32,000 nt of DNA from Dickeya solani IPO 2222 (GTDB lineage Bacteria; Pseudomonadota; Gammaproteobacteria; Enterobacterales; Enterobacteriaceae). This document shows positions 1 through 8,082 of the stretch, in pieces. How positions within the stretch are numbered: position 1 is the stretch's first letter; every line of letters starts with the position of its first letter. The stretch is taken from assembly GCF_001644705.1 (NCBI RefSeq), contig NZ_CP015137.1, positions 3,600,001 through 3,632,000 on the forward strand. The letters run 5' to 3'. A program made the position numbers and the translations under genes. The notes beneath the pieces are model-generated. The model saw only the letters and a program-made list of their open reading frames with translations. It was not told the DNA's origin and ran no database searches.

Positions 1-2
1 AA

Positions 3-953
3 CTGGATCTGGACGCGTTGCTGGGGCTGACGCACGCCGCCTCGTCGAGCGACGGCGGCGACAAAACGGTAATAGCCAAACCGGTGTTTTCGCATGATCA
101 GCCGCCGGAACCTTATCAGGGGCTGCGTAGCTCGATTGCCAACGTGTCGGTGGCCGCTAATACGCTGATTTACCGCGGTATGACGGTCAACCAGTTTACC
201 CTGCGGGGCAGCAATCAGCGCGGCAAGGTCCGGGTCACTGACTTTAGCGGTCAGGTGGGGGAAGGGCGTTTCTCATTGCCGGGGTCGATGGATGTGGGGG
301 CGTCGCCGGCTATCACTATTCAGCCCACGCTGAAAGCGATGGAGCTGTCGACGTTGCTGCCGCTGTTCGGCCTGCCTGACGGCTTGCAGGGCAAACTCAG
401 CCTGCAAGGACGGCTGAGCGGCGACGAGTTGTCGCGGCAAGCGCTGCTCTCACAATGGCGGGGAACGGCGTCGGTGCAGTTCGACCAGTTGCGGCTGTCG
501 GGGCTGAACGTCCAGCAGTTGATCCAGCAGGCGGCGGCGCGCAGCAACAGCGGCGTTCAGACGCCGGACGACTACGCCCGCTACACCGACATTCGGCAGA
601 TGAGCGGCGACGCGACGCTCAACGCCGGCAAACTGGATTTGCAGTCATTAGCCGGGCAGTCCGAGGCGTTGACGGTGAACGGTGACGGTCAGTTCGACTT
701 ACCCGCCCAGCGTTGCGATATCAATCTGGATGTGCGCATAACGCAAGGGTGGAAAGGGGATAGCCAACTGGTGCAACTGCTGCAGGATACCGCTATTCCG
801 TTCCGTCTGTACGGCGAATTCGGCAACCTGAACTACCAGTTGCAGGTCGAACAGTTGCTGCGTAAGCGGCTACAGGACGAGATGAAAAAACGCCTGAATG
901 ACTGGGCTGAGAAAAATCAGCCGGCCTCCAAAACCCCGGCGACGGGCATGTGA
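3..953 (+). CDS. asmA: AsmA-family outer-membrane assembly protein, C-terminal part (5' end lies outside the window)
   Basis: The frame is open from the window edge to TGA at 951-953, with no upstream stop. The tail ...NYQLQVEQLLRKRLQDEMKKRLNDWAEKN resembles the AsmA C-terminus as I recall it. Its position, convergent with yegH and next to a wza locus, matches the E. coli asmA-yegH-wza arrangement. Confidence 0.65.
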   Translation: MDLDALLGLTHAASSSDGGDKTVIAKPVFSHDQPPEPYQGLRSSIANVSVAANTLIYRGMTVNQFTLRGSNQRGKVRVTDFSGQVGEGRFSLPGSMDVGASPAITIQPTLKAMELSTLLPLFGLPDGLQGKLSLQGRLSGDELSRQALLSQWRGTASVQFDQLRLSGLNVQQLIQQAAARSNSGVQTPDDYARYTDIRQMSGDATLNAGKLDLQSLAGQSEALTVNGDGQFDLPAQRCDINLDVRITQGWKGDSQLVQLLQDTAIPFRLYGEFGNLNYQLQVEQLLRKRLQDEMKKRLNDWAEKNQPASKTPATGM

Positions 954-978
954 CGCGCATCAGGTGTTTTCAGTGAAA

Positions 979-1008
979 CAACAAAGGCGGCCGAGGCCGC
1001 CTTTGTTG
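979..1008. terminator. Probable bidirectional terminator hairpin between the convergent asmA and yegH
   Basis: A perfect 14-nt inverted repeat, caacaaaggcggcc (979-992) and ggccgcctttgttg (995-1008), sits between the two stop codons. The core is GC-rich. The 3' arm is T-rich on the + strand, and tttcac follows on the - strand. Confidence 0.5.
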
Positions 1009-1039
1009 TGCCCGCGTGCGGGTTGATGCGCTGCGGGGC

Positions 1040-2629
1040 TTACACCTCATAGTCCGGTTGCGGATGGGGTTCAGGGATGATCAACACCTTCACGATGCGG
1101 TGGCTTTCCACGGTCAGCACCTGGAACAGGGCATTGTCGATACGCACCTCATCGCCCTCCTGCGGGATTTTCTGCGCATACTCCATCAGTAAGCCGGCCA
1201 GCGTGTGGTATTCGCGCTTTTCGTTCAGTTGCAGCGGGATATACATCAGTAAATCTTCGACCGGCAGATAGCCGTTGGCGGTCAGGGTGCCGTCTTCGTT
1301 TTCCTGAATATCATGGCGGGCGTCCAGCTCTTCCCCTTCCAGCGGCAGATTGCCGGCGATGGTTTCCATGACATCGCTTAGCGTGACAATCCCTTCGACC
1401 GAGCCGAACTCGTCGGCCACAAAGGCAAAGTGCGTGTGCGCCTCACGGAACTGTTCCAGCGCGGACAGCAGCGACAATTGCTCCGGAAACACCAGCGGCT
1501 GGCGGATCAGCGCGCGCAGATTCAGCGCTTGCCCGTGCAACTGCTGACGCAGCAGATCGATCAGGTGCACCACGCCCAGCGGTTCGCTGGATACGTGGCT
1601 GTCGAACATCACCAGCCGGGTGTGCTGGTTTTTTTCCATCAGTTCGTGGAAGTCCACCGGGTCGATGTTGACGTCCACGTGTTCGATATCGTGGCGGATG
1701 GTCATGATGCTGCTGACTGAACGCTGCGACATGCCGAGCACGCGCTCGATCATGCGCTGTTCCTGCTGGTTGAACACCGGCTGGCCGGTGCTGCCGGTGT
1801 TATCCGCCACCCGGTCGGCGGCCTGTTTGTCCAGCTCTGCTTCCTCATGCTCGCCGCGCAGCAATCGCAATACCGCTTCCGCCGTACGCTGGCGTAACGG
1901 GGTCGATGAAGAGAGAAAACGTCGGCGGTTGAACTGCGCCAACTGGTTGAGCATCTCGATCATGACTGAGAAACCGATGGCAGCGTAAAGGTAACCTTTG
2001 GGAACCGGGTAGCCGAAAGCATCCGCCACCAGGCTGAAGCCGATCATCAGCAGGAAGCTCAGACACAGGATCACAATGGTGGGGTGGGCATTGACGAAGC
2101 GCGTCAGAGGCTTGCTGGCCAGCAGCATCAGACCGATGGCAATGGTGACCGCCGCCATCATCACCGGCAGGTGTTCGGTCATACCGACCGCGGTAATCAC
2201 CGAATCCAGCGAGAATATGGCGTCCAGCACCACAATCTGAGCGACCACCGGCCAGAAACGCGCACCCTTGCGTTGGGTTTGCTGCGCCTGATCTTTGCCT
2301 TCCAGCCGTTCATTCAACTCCACTGTGGCTTTGAACAGCAGGAATAGGCCGCCCACCAGCATAATCAGGTCACGCGCGCTGAACGGGTGCCCGTAAACGG
2401 TAAACAACGGGTGGGTTAGCGAGACCAGCCAGGAGATGGACGACAGCAGTACAAATCGCATCAGCAAGGCCAGCAATAACCCGACAACTCGCGCCCGATC
2501 CCGGGATTTTTCCGGTAACTTCTCCGCCAGAATGGCGATAAAGACCAGGTTGTCGATACCCAATACCAGTTCCAGAACCACCAGTGTGGCCAGACCGGCC
2601 CAAATTGTTGGATCAGCGATCCATTCCAT
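1040..2629 (-). CDS. yegH: TerC-family integral membrane protein with C-terminal CBS pair and CorC/HlyC transporter-associated domain (YegH)
   Basis: The 529-aa ORF is nearly colinear with E. coli YegH as I recall it. Shared stretches include [66 protein letters not shown] and a terminal ..EYEV. AAGGTG lies about 10 nt upstream of the ATG on the minus strand. Confidence 0.93.
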   Translation of the reverse strand: MEWIADPTIWAGLATLVVLELVLGIDNLVFIAILAEKLPEKSRDRARVVGLLLALLMRFVLLSSISWLVSLTHPLFTVYGHPFSARDLIMLVGGLFLLFKATVELNERLEGKDQAQQTQRKGARFWPVVAQIVVLDAIFSLDSVITAVGMTEHLPVMMAAVTIAIGLMLLASKPLTRFVNAHPTIVILCLSFLLMIGFSLVADAFGYPVPKGYLYAAIGFSVMIEMLNQLAQFNRRRFLSSSTPLRQRTAEAVLRLLRGEHEEAELDKQAADRVADNTGSTGQPVFNQQEQRMIERVLGMSQRSVSSIMTIRHDIEHVDVNIDPVDFHELMEKNQHTRLVMFDSHVSSEPLGVVHLIDLLRQQLHGQALNLRALIRQPLVFPEQLSLLSALEQFREAHTHFAFVADEFGSVEGIVTLSDVMETIAGNLPLEGEELDARHDIQENEDGTLTANGYLPVEDLLMYIPLQLNEKREYHTLAGLLMEYAQKIPQEGDEVRIDNALFQVLTVESHRIVKVLIIPEPHPQPDYEV

Positions 2630-2799
2630 AGGCTGAATTCACCTTTTTCTTTATCAGGTTGGTATTCGCATAGCGTATCAGGCGTTGCGTCGCTCAACCA
2701 TAACGCGACCGATCGTGATTGACTGATATCAAATTGCGGGGTGTCGATACCCGCCTTTTCTGCGTGAGTGAGATCACAGGATTTTCAGCAAGATGGAAA

Positions 2800-3230
2800 G
2801 CATTGCAGTACGTTTTGAGAAATCAAAAAACCACTGATCAGGTTAAAAAATAACCTATTCCATTAAGGCGATGCATTATATGCCAAATCAGAGAGGCAAG
2901 CAGGAAATTAGCCTATTCCCTGGCTATTTAATAAGCTCATTAATGCGTTAACAAAATTATTATATGAAAATGAAATATTTATTAAGATGTCTCTGATATA
3001 CATAACTTTCTGTTTATTAATGATAAAAATATCTTTGTTCATAAGAAAAACTGCATGGAATGTTAGTATTTTTCCGAAAAAAAACACTGGGAAGATATTT
3101 GTCTTGTTATAAGCAAATATTTTTTACTACTCTCCGGTATGGCGATATTGACACATCTTTAAAAATATTTAATTCGAAACTTTAGTGTCATTAATGTTTT
3201 TGCAAGCCATTTTTACGAGTCAGTTATGAC
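2800..3230 (+). promoter_or_regulatory. AT-rich upstream control region probably containing the primary promoter of the wza operon (exact -35/-10 not resolved)
   Basis: This roughly 430-bp block is visibly much more AT-rich than its flanks and has many A/T tracts. It lies immediately upstream of the JUMPStart element. TTGACA occurs at 3148-3153 but has no convincing -10 at 16-18 bp. The direct repeat acgagtca occurs twice at 3215-3237. Confidence 0.35.
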
Positions 3231-3272
3231 GAGTCACAGCAATAGCTGGGCAAGTTTGAAACGAAAACGGGA

Positions 3273-3310
3273 CAGCGAGTTGGTAGCTACGAGCCAAGGG
3301 CGGTAGCGTA
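3273..3310 (+). promoter_or_regulatory. JUMPStart element containing the ops site (RfaH loading / antitermination signal)
   Basis: cagcgagttGGTAGCtacgagccaagGGCGGTAGCGTa matches the roughly 39-bp JUMPStart consensus, which has an upstream GGTAGC and a downstream ops. The ops sequence GGCGGTAGCGT lies at 3299-3309 on the non-template (+) strand, upstream of wza, as in other group-1 capsule and colanic-acid loci. Confidence 0.85.
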
Positions 3311-3446
3311 CCTGACGCGATTCACCCGACAGCCGCAAGCGGCGTTTCAGACTATGCCCTCCAGGACGTTGAAACCGTTCAGCCGCCGGTATTCAGGCCT
3401 TTCAGCCTGTTTGACGGTGAGCGAAACGGCCGCGATGTCAACGGAT

Positions 3447-3471
3447 CCACACGTGAATTCCTGACGTGTGG
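3447..3471 (+). other. Leader RNA stem-loop (8-bp perfect stem)
   Basis: ccacacgt (3447-3454) pairs perfectly with acgtgtgg (3464-3471) around the 9-nt loop gaattcctg. Only a weak T-rich run follows (gctgtctgtt), so I treat it as a structural or pause element, not a clear intrinsic terminator. Confidence 0.4.
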
Positions 3472-3482
3472 GCTGTCTGTTA

Positions 3483-3543
3483 CTCACTTGACTGAAAGGC
3501 GATGCAAAGGATGTTAAACCCGACACTGACGTTCAGACCGCTG
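3483..3543 (+). repeat. Diverged direct duplicate of the wza translation-initiation region and first ~11 codons (partner copy 4031-4094)
   Basis: ctcacttgactgaaaggcgatgcaaaggATGttaaacccgacactgacgttcagaccgctg aligns by eye, at roughly four matches in five, with ctcactttactgaaaagcgatggcataaaggATGttaaaaccaacactgaaagttataccgctg. The ATGs are at 3511 and 4062. Translated, MLNPTLTFRPL..AAFPLTGAS aligns with [20 protein letters not shown], and the lipobox Cys is lost in the upstream copy. Confidence 0.6.
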
Positions 3544-3598
3544 GCACAACCCGCGGCATTCCCCCTGACCGGCGCTTCGCCTGCGCCCGAGTCGTCTT

Positions 3599-3680
3599 TT
3601 TTTGCCCGCAGCAACGTTTTTGCTCGCAGCAGCGGCAATTTTTCTCACAGCAACGACGATTTTTCTCACAGCAACGGCAA
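3599..3680 (+). repeat. Four imperfect tandem repeats (18-22 bp), each beginning with a T5 tract
   Basis: The units are tttttgcccgcagcaacg (3599-3616), tttttgctcgcagcagcggcaa (3617-3638), tttttctcacagcaacgacga (3639-3659) and tttttctcacagcaacggcaa (3660-3680). Confidence 0.85.
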
Positions 3681-4061
3681 TGTAACCGCGCAGCCTGACA
3701 AAACGGCTCGCCATCAACCGTCCCGCGCTGACGTCATTCCCCTTTTCCACATCAAAACGCATGCCTATGGCTCGCGACGGCCTGGCTTGGCCCCAATCTG
3801 GGCGGCAAGCAGTGAATCGCGTTCCGGCCAGAGATTTATCACCTTAAACAACGCGTTACTTATTCCGGCTTGAATATTTAAGCGGTGATGAAAGTAATTT
3901 TGGTTATAAGTCTTTAGGTTTTTGGGGCGGGGTGAAAACATTTTCAAGCAAATCATTCAGGATCAACGCATTGCAGAACGACCTTGGATCGTCCAATGCG
4001 CTATCGATCGGGCAGTACCGCTCTTTGTTTCTCACTTTACTGAAAAGCGATGGCATAAAGG

Positions 4062-5198
4062 ATGTTAAAACCAACACTGAAAGTTATACCGCTGATGTTG
4101 TCGGCGACATTCCTGGCTGGCTGTACGCTGGTGCCAGGTACGCACCTTTCTACCAGTGGAAAAGAGGTCGTAGAACAACCGGATGATGATTTCAACATCA
4201 ATAAACTGGTCAATATTTATCCTGTCACCCCGCTGCTGATAGAGAAAATACGCCTGCGACCGGCGATTGCCCAGAATAACCCTTCGCTGGATGCGGAGCT
4301 GAAACGCTACGAATACCGTATTGGCATCGGCGATGTTTTGATGGTGACCGTCTGGGATCACCCGGAACTGACCACGCCGGCGGGGACTTACCGCACCGCC
4401 GCTGATACCGGTAACTGGGTTCACTCGGACGGCACCATTTTTTACCCCTACATCGGCAAGATCCGCGTGGTGGACAAAACCTTGACCGAGGTCCGCGACG
4501 AAATCATGCGTCGCCTGGCGCAGTACATCGAATCGCCGCAGGTGGAAGTGAGCATTGCCGCGTTCCGCTCGCAGAAAGCCTATGTGACCGGGGAAGTGGT
4601 GCGTTCGGGTCAGCAGCCTATCTCCAACGTGCCGTTGACCATTCTGGACGCGATTAACAATGCGGGTGGGCTGAGCGAGTTTGCCGACTGGCGCAATCTG
4701 GTGCTGACGCATAACGGTAAAGATGAACGAATTTCCCTGCAGGCGCTGATGCAGAACGGCGATCTGTCCCAGAACCGCCTGCTGTACCCCGGCGACATCC
4801 TGTTCGTGCCGCGCAACGATGACCTGAAAGTGTTCGTGATGGGGGAAGTGAACAAGCAGTCCACCCTCAAGATGGACCGCAGCGGCATGACGTTGACCGA
4901 GGCGTTGGGCAGTGCGGAAGGGATAAACCAGATGGTGGCCGACGCCACCGGCGTGTTTGTCATCCGCCCGCTGCGCGGTACGCAAGGGCCGAAGCTGGCC
5001 AACATTTATCAGCTCAATACCAAAGACGCTACCGCGTTGGTGATGGGCTCCGAATTCCCGCTGCAACCGTATGACGTGGTGTATGTCACCTCGGCGCCGA
5101 TAGCGCGTTGGAATCGCCTGATTTCGCAACTGGTGCCGACCATCAGCGGGTTTAACGACCTGAGCGAAGGCAGTCTGCGCGTTCGTACCTGGCCGTAG
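4062..5198 (+). CDS. wza: Outer-membrane polysaccharide export lipoprotein Wza (OPX family)
   Basis: The 378-aa product has a lipoprotein signal peptide with lipobox LAGC. It is colinear with E. coli Wza as I recall it. Shared stretches include [78 protein letters not shown] and [10 protein letters not shown]. Confidence 0.96.
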   Translation: MLKPTLKVIPLMLSATFLAGCTLVPGTHLSTSGKEVVEQPDDDFNINKLVNIYPVTPLLIEKIRLRPAIAQNNPSLDAELKRYEYRIGIGDVLMVTVWDHPELTTPAGTYRTAADTGNWVHSDGTIFYPYIGKIRVVDKTLTEVRDEIMRRLAQYIESPQVEVSIAAFRSQKAYVTGEVVRSGQQPISNVPLTILDAINNAGGLSEFADWRNLVLTHNGKDERISLQALMQNGDLSQNRLLYPGDILFVPRNDDLKVFVMGEVNKQSTLKMDRSGMTLTEALGSAEGINQMVADATGVFVIRPLRGTQGPKLANIYQLNTKDATALVMGSEFPLQPYDVVYVTSAPIARWNRLISQLVPTISGFNDLSEGSLRVRTWP

Positions 5199-5216
5199 CC
5201 GTAGGGGGACGTGTCG

Positions 5217-5651
5217 ATGTTCAACAGTATTCTTGTTATTTGCGAGGGCAATATCTGTCGCTCACCGACCGGCGAACGCCTGTTACAGCAGGCATTGCCG
5301 GGGAAAACGGTGGTCTCCGCCGGCTGGCGGGCGATGGCTGGAAAACCTGCCGATGAAACGGCCAGCCTGGTGGCCGCCGATCATGGTCTGTCGTTGGACG
5401 GGCATGTCGCGCGCCAGTTGACCGGATCGCTATGCCGGCATTACGACCTGATTCTGGTGATGGAAAAGGCGCACATTGATGCCGTGTGCCGTTTCTCGCC
5501 GGAAGTGCGTGGGAAAACGCTGCTGTTCGGGCACTGGCTTAACCAGCAGGAGATTACCGACCCTTACCGCAAGAGCCGGGAAGCCTTTGAGTTTGTGTAT
5601 ACCCAACTTGAACAATCTGCCCGCAAGTGGGCGCAGGCGCTGAGCCGTTAA
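5217..5651 (+). CDS. wzb: Low-molecular-weight protein-tyrosine phosphatase Wzb
   Basis: The product carries the CX5R(S) active site in VICEGNICRSPTGE and a DPYRKS motif. MFNSILV matches the E. coli Wzb N-terminus MFNNILV. GGGGGA lies 7 nt upstream of ATG 5217, and I judged the GTG at 5211 in the ORF track less likely. Confidence 0.92.
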   Translation: MFNSILVICEGNICRSPTGERLLQQALPGKTVVSAGWRAMAGKPADETASLVAADHGLSLDGHVARQLTGSLCRHYDLILVMEKAHIDAVCRFSPEVRGKTLLFGHWLNQQEITDPYRKSREAFEFVYTQLEQSARKWAQALSR

Positions 5652-5667
5652 CCAGTCAGGGATTACG

Positions 5668-7839
5668 ATGTCAGAGAGAATTGCCGTGAAAACATCTGAA
5701 GCGGACAAGGCGGATGAAATTGACCTGGGACGTTTACTGGGGACCGTGCTGGATCACCGCTGGCTGATTATCAGCATCACCACCATCTTTACCATGCTGG
5801 GCATCCTGTATGCGCTGCTGGCGACGCCGGTGTATCAGGCGGATGCGATGGTGCAGGTGGAACAGAACGTCAGCGATTCGCTAATGAACGATATTTCCAA
5901 GGTCTTGCCGGATACCAAGCCGCAGTCCGCACCTGAAGTCGAACTGCTCCGCTCCCGTATGGTGGTGGGGAAGACCGTGCAGGATCTGGGACTGGATACC
6001 GAGGTGGAGCAGCAGTATTTCCCGCTGGTGGGCAAAGGTATCGCCCGTCTGAAGGATGAAGAGCCCGCCCGGATCGCCGTCTCCCGGTTGTCGGTGCCGG
6101 ACAGTTGGCTGGATGAAAAAATAACCGTGGCCATCCAGGACGGGGGTAAATATCGCTTTACCGCCGGTAAGGACGCCGAGTTTACCGGCAGTATCGGGCA
6201 ACTGGAGTCTCACGGCGGTTTCAGTCTGCTGATCAGCGACACCAACGCCGTAGCGGGAACGGTGTTTTCGGTCAGGAAAAAGAACATGCTGACCGCGATC
6301 AACGACATTCTGAGCGAACTGGCGGTGGCGGATAAAGGCAAGGATACCGGTGTACTGCAACTGACGCTGGAAGGTAGCGATCCGGCGCTGGTGAAAAAGA
6401 CGTTGGCCAGCATTAGCGACAACTACCTGCAACAGAATGTGGACCGTAAGTCGGAAGAAGCGGCCAGAAGCCTGATGTTCCTGAAAGAACAGCTGCCGCT
6501 GGTGCGTACCTCGCTGGAGACAGCGGAAGACAAGCTGAATAAGTACCGCCAGCAGAAAGATTCGGTGGATCTGTCGCTGGAAGCCAAATCGGTGCTGGAC
6601 ACGATAGTGGATGTCGAATCTCAGCTCAACCAGCTGACTTTTCATGAGGCGGAAATCTCCAAACTGTATACCCGCGAGCATCCCGCCTACCGGGCGTTAC
6701 TGGAGAAACGCGGCACGCTGGAAAAGGAACGCGACAACCTGAATCGGCGCGTCAGCGGCATGCCGAAAACCCAGCAGGAAATAGTACGGCTGACGCGGGA
6801 TGTGAACGTCGGGCAGGAAGTGTATGTCCAGTTGATGAATAAGCAGCAGGAGCTGAGCATCAACAAGGCCAGTACCGTCGGTAACGTGCGCATCATCGAC
6901 CAGGCCGTGGTCCAGCTTAAACCGGTGAAACCGAGAAAAACGCTGGTGATTCTGCTGGCTGCTATGTTGGGCGGGGTGGCCTCCGTCGGGTTCGTGTTGC
7001 TGAAAACCCTGTTGCACCGCGGTATCGAAAGCCCGGAACAGCTGGAAGAGCTGGGTATTAATGTGTACGCCAGCGTGCCCTTGTCGGAATGGCAACAGAA
7101 GAAAGATCGGGAGTTCGTCGGCAAGAACCGCAAACGCAATACCCGCTCTGATTCTCTGCTGGCGGTGGGCAATCCGGCCGACCTGGCGATCGAGGCTATT
7201 CGCAGCCTGCGCACCAGCCTGCATTTCGCCATGATGGAAGCGAAAAACAATGTCCTGATGATCTCCGGCGCCAGTCCGGGGATCGGCAAGTCCTTCGTCA
7301 GCGCCAACCTGGGGGCGGTGATTGCCCAGGCCGGGCAGCGGGTGTTGATCGTCGACTGCGATATGCGCAAGGGCTATGCCCACCATCTGATGGACGCCAC
7401 CCCGGAACGCGGCATGTCGGACATCCTGTCCGGGCAGATCGAGACGCAGCAGGCGCTGCGCTCTACCGCGGTGGAAAATTTGTTTTTTATCCCGCGCGGC
7501 CAGATCCCGCCCAATCCGTCGGAGCTGCTGATGCACAGCAACTTTACCGCGTTTGTCGACTGGGCCGTCCGTCAGTTCGATATCGTGCTGCTGGACACGC
7601 CGCCGATTCTGGCGGTGACCGACGCGGCGATTATCAGCCGACAGGCTGGGACATCGTTGCTGGTGGCGCGGTTTGAGATGAACACGCCGAAAGAGGTAGA
7701 GATCAGTATTCGACGCTTTGAGCAGAATGGCACGCCGATCAAAGGGGTGATCCTGAATGCGGTGATTCGCCGGGCGTTGAGTTACTACAGCTATGGATAT
7801 GACTCCTATCAGTACTCTTACGGGGCAGATAAAAACTAG
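5668..7839 (+). CDS. wzc: Polysaccharide co-polymerase / BY-kinase tyrosine autokinase Wzc (PCP-2a)
   Basis: The 723-aa product has two hydrophobic segments flanking a large periplasmic coiled-coil region. It carries Walker A ISGASPGIGKSF, Walker A' VLIVDCDMRKG, Walker B VLLDTPP and the C-terminal tyrosine cluster YYSYGYDSYQYSY. Confidence 0.96.
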   Translation: MSERIAVKTSEADKADEIDLGRLLGTVLDHRWLIISITTIFTMLGILYALLATPVYQADAMVQVEQNVSDSLMNDISKVLPDTKPQSAPEVELLRSRMVVGKTVQDLGLDTEVEQQYFPLVGKGIARLKDEEPARIAVSRLSVPDSWLDEKITVAIQDGGKYRFTAGKDAEFTGSIGQLESHGGFSLLISDTNAVAGTVFSVRKKNMLTAINDILSELAVADKGKDTGVLQLTLEGSDPALVKKTLASISDNYLQQNVDRKSEEAARSLMFLKEQLPLVRTSLETAEDKLNKYRQQKDSVDLSLEAKSVLDTIVDVESQLNQLTFHEAEISKLYTREHPAYRALLEKRGTLEKERDNLNRRVSGMPKTQQEIVRLTRDVNVGQEVYVQLMNKQQELSINKASTVGNVRIIDQAVVQLKPVKPRKTLVILLAAMLGGVASVGFVLLKTLLHRGIESPEQLEELGINVYASVPLSEWQQKKDREFVGKNRKRNTRSDSLLAVGNPADLAIEAIRSLRTSLHFAMMEAKNNVLMISGASPGIGKSFVSANLGAVIAQAGQRVLIVDCDMRKGYAHHLMDATPERGMSDILSGQIETQQALRSTAVENLFFIPRGQIPPNPSELLMHSNFTAFVDWAVRQFDIVLLDTPPILAVTDAAIISRQAGTSLLVARFEMNTPKEVEISIRRFEQNGTPIKGVILNAVIRRALSYYSYGYDSYQYSYGADKN

Positions 7840-7869
7840 CTCCGTGGATGAATAGAAGAAGAGAAGAAA

Positions 7870-7937
7870 CAGGTAGTGGAAACAGACAGGTAGTGGAAAC
7901 AGACAGGTAGTGGAAACAGATAGGTAGTAGATACAGA
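7870..7937 (+). repeat. 17-bp tandem array: three perfect copies of caggtagtggaaacaga plus one degenerate copy
   Basis: Identical copies lie at 7870-7886, 7887-7903 and 7904-7920, followed by taggtagtagatacaga at 7921-7937. Further decayed similarity (cagtggaagtagctgtagag) runs to about 7957. Confidence 0.9.
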
Positions 7938-8082
7938 CAGTGGAAGTAGCTGTAGAGATAGCTGGTGTTATGCCGGAGTGCACGCCAGCGGTATCTCTGC
8001 CCTCGGGGAGGGCGTGCTGGTCCATTCCGCAGAGGCGGCAATGGGTCCCTGAATATAAAGATTAAAAACAAGGATAGATAAT

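Noticed and set aside
2630-2800. Possible riboswitch in the yegH 5' region, since some TerC-family genes carry the yybP-ykoY Mn2+ riboswitch
   Set aside because: Reading the minus strand, I could not find the conserved yybP-ykoY core motifs or a four-way-junction-like arrangement. There is only a weak 5-bp hairpin (gcggg...cccgc at ~2736-2754). A covariance-model scan would be needed to exclude it formally.
2908-2921. Possible RcsAB box (ttagcctattccct) in the AT-rich region upstream of JUMPStart
   Set aside because: Only about 9 of 14 positions match the TaAGaatatTCctA consensus as I recall it, and the last conserved A is mismatched. In an AT-rich region this is within chance expectation. 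I did not report it as a feature.
3148-3176. Perfect -35 hexamer TTGACA as the operon promoter
   Set aside because: No acceptable -10 lies at 16-18 bp. The candidates are AATTCG and TAATTC. The nearest TAT-containing hexamer is only 12 bp away, so the promoter could not be pinned down.
3502-3873. 123-aa + strand ORF in the wza leader
   Set aside because: It begins inside the decayed wza-start duplicate and runs through the T5-phased tandem array, giving a repetitive FARS/FSHSN sequence. It has odd composition, and I recognise no family resemblance. It is most likely non-coding leader or a gene remnant. I flagged it under findings instead of calling it a CDS.
3932-4186. 84-aa + strand ORF overlapping the wza start
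   Set aside because: It has a GTG start with no RBS and is out of frame with the well-supported wza, overlapping its first 40 codons. It is spurious.
4065-5129. 354-aa minus-strand ORF antisense to wza, plus similar long antisense ORFs at 5881-6681, 6697-8025, 8107-9258, 9268-9831, 11895-12611, 14293-14880, 16850-17440, 17657-18613, 21314-22537, 22672-24117, 24196-25143 and 28851-29408
   Set aside because: Each lies entirely opposite a strongly supported + strand gene. Each has the Arg/His/Gln/Pro-rich low-complexity composition typical of shadow ORFs in GC-rich coding DNA. None has an RBS or any family resemblance.
7870-7937. Tandem arrays considered as CRISPR arrays
   Set aside because: The repeats abut directly with no unique spacers, the units are only 17-21 bp, and no cas genes are present. 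They are simple tandem repeats.
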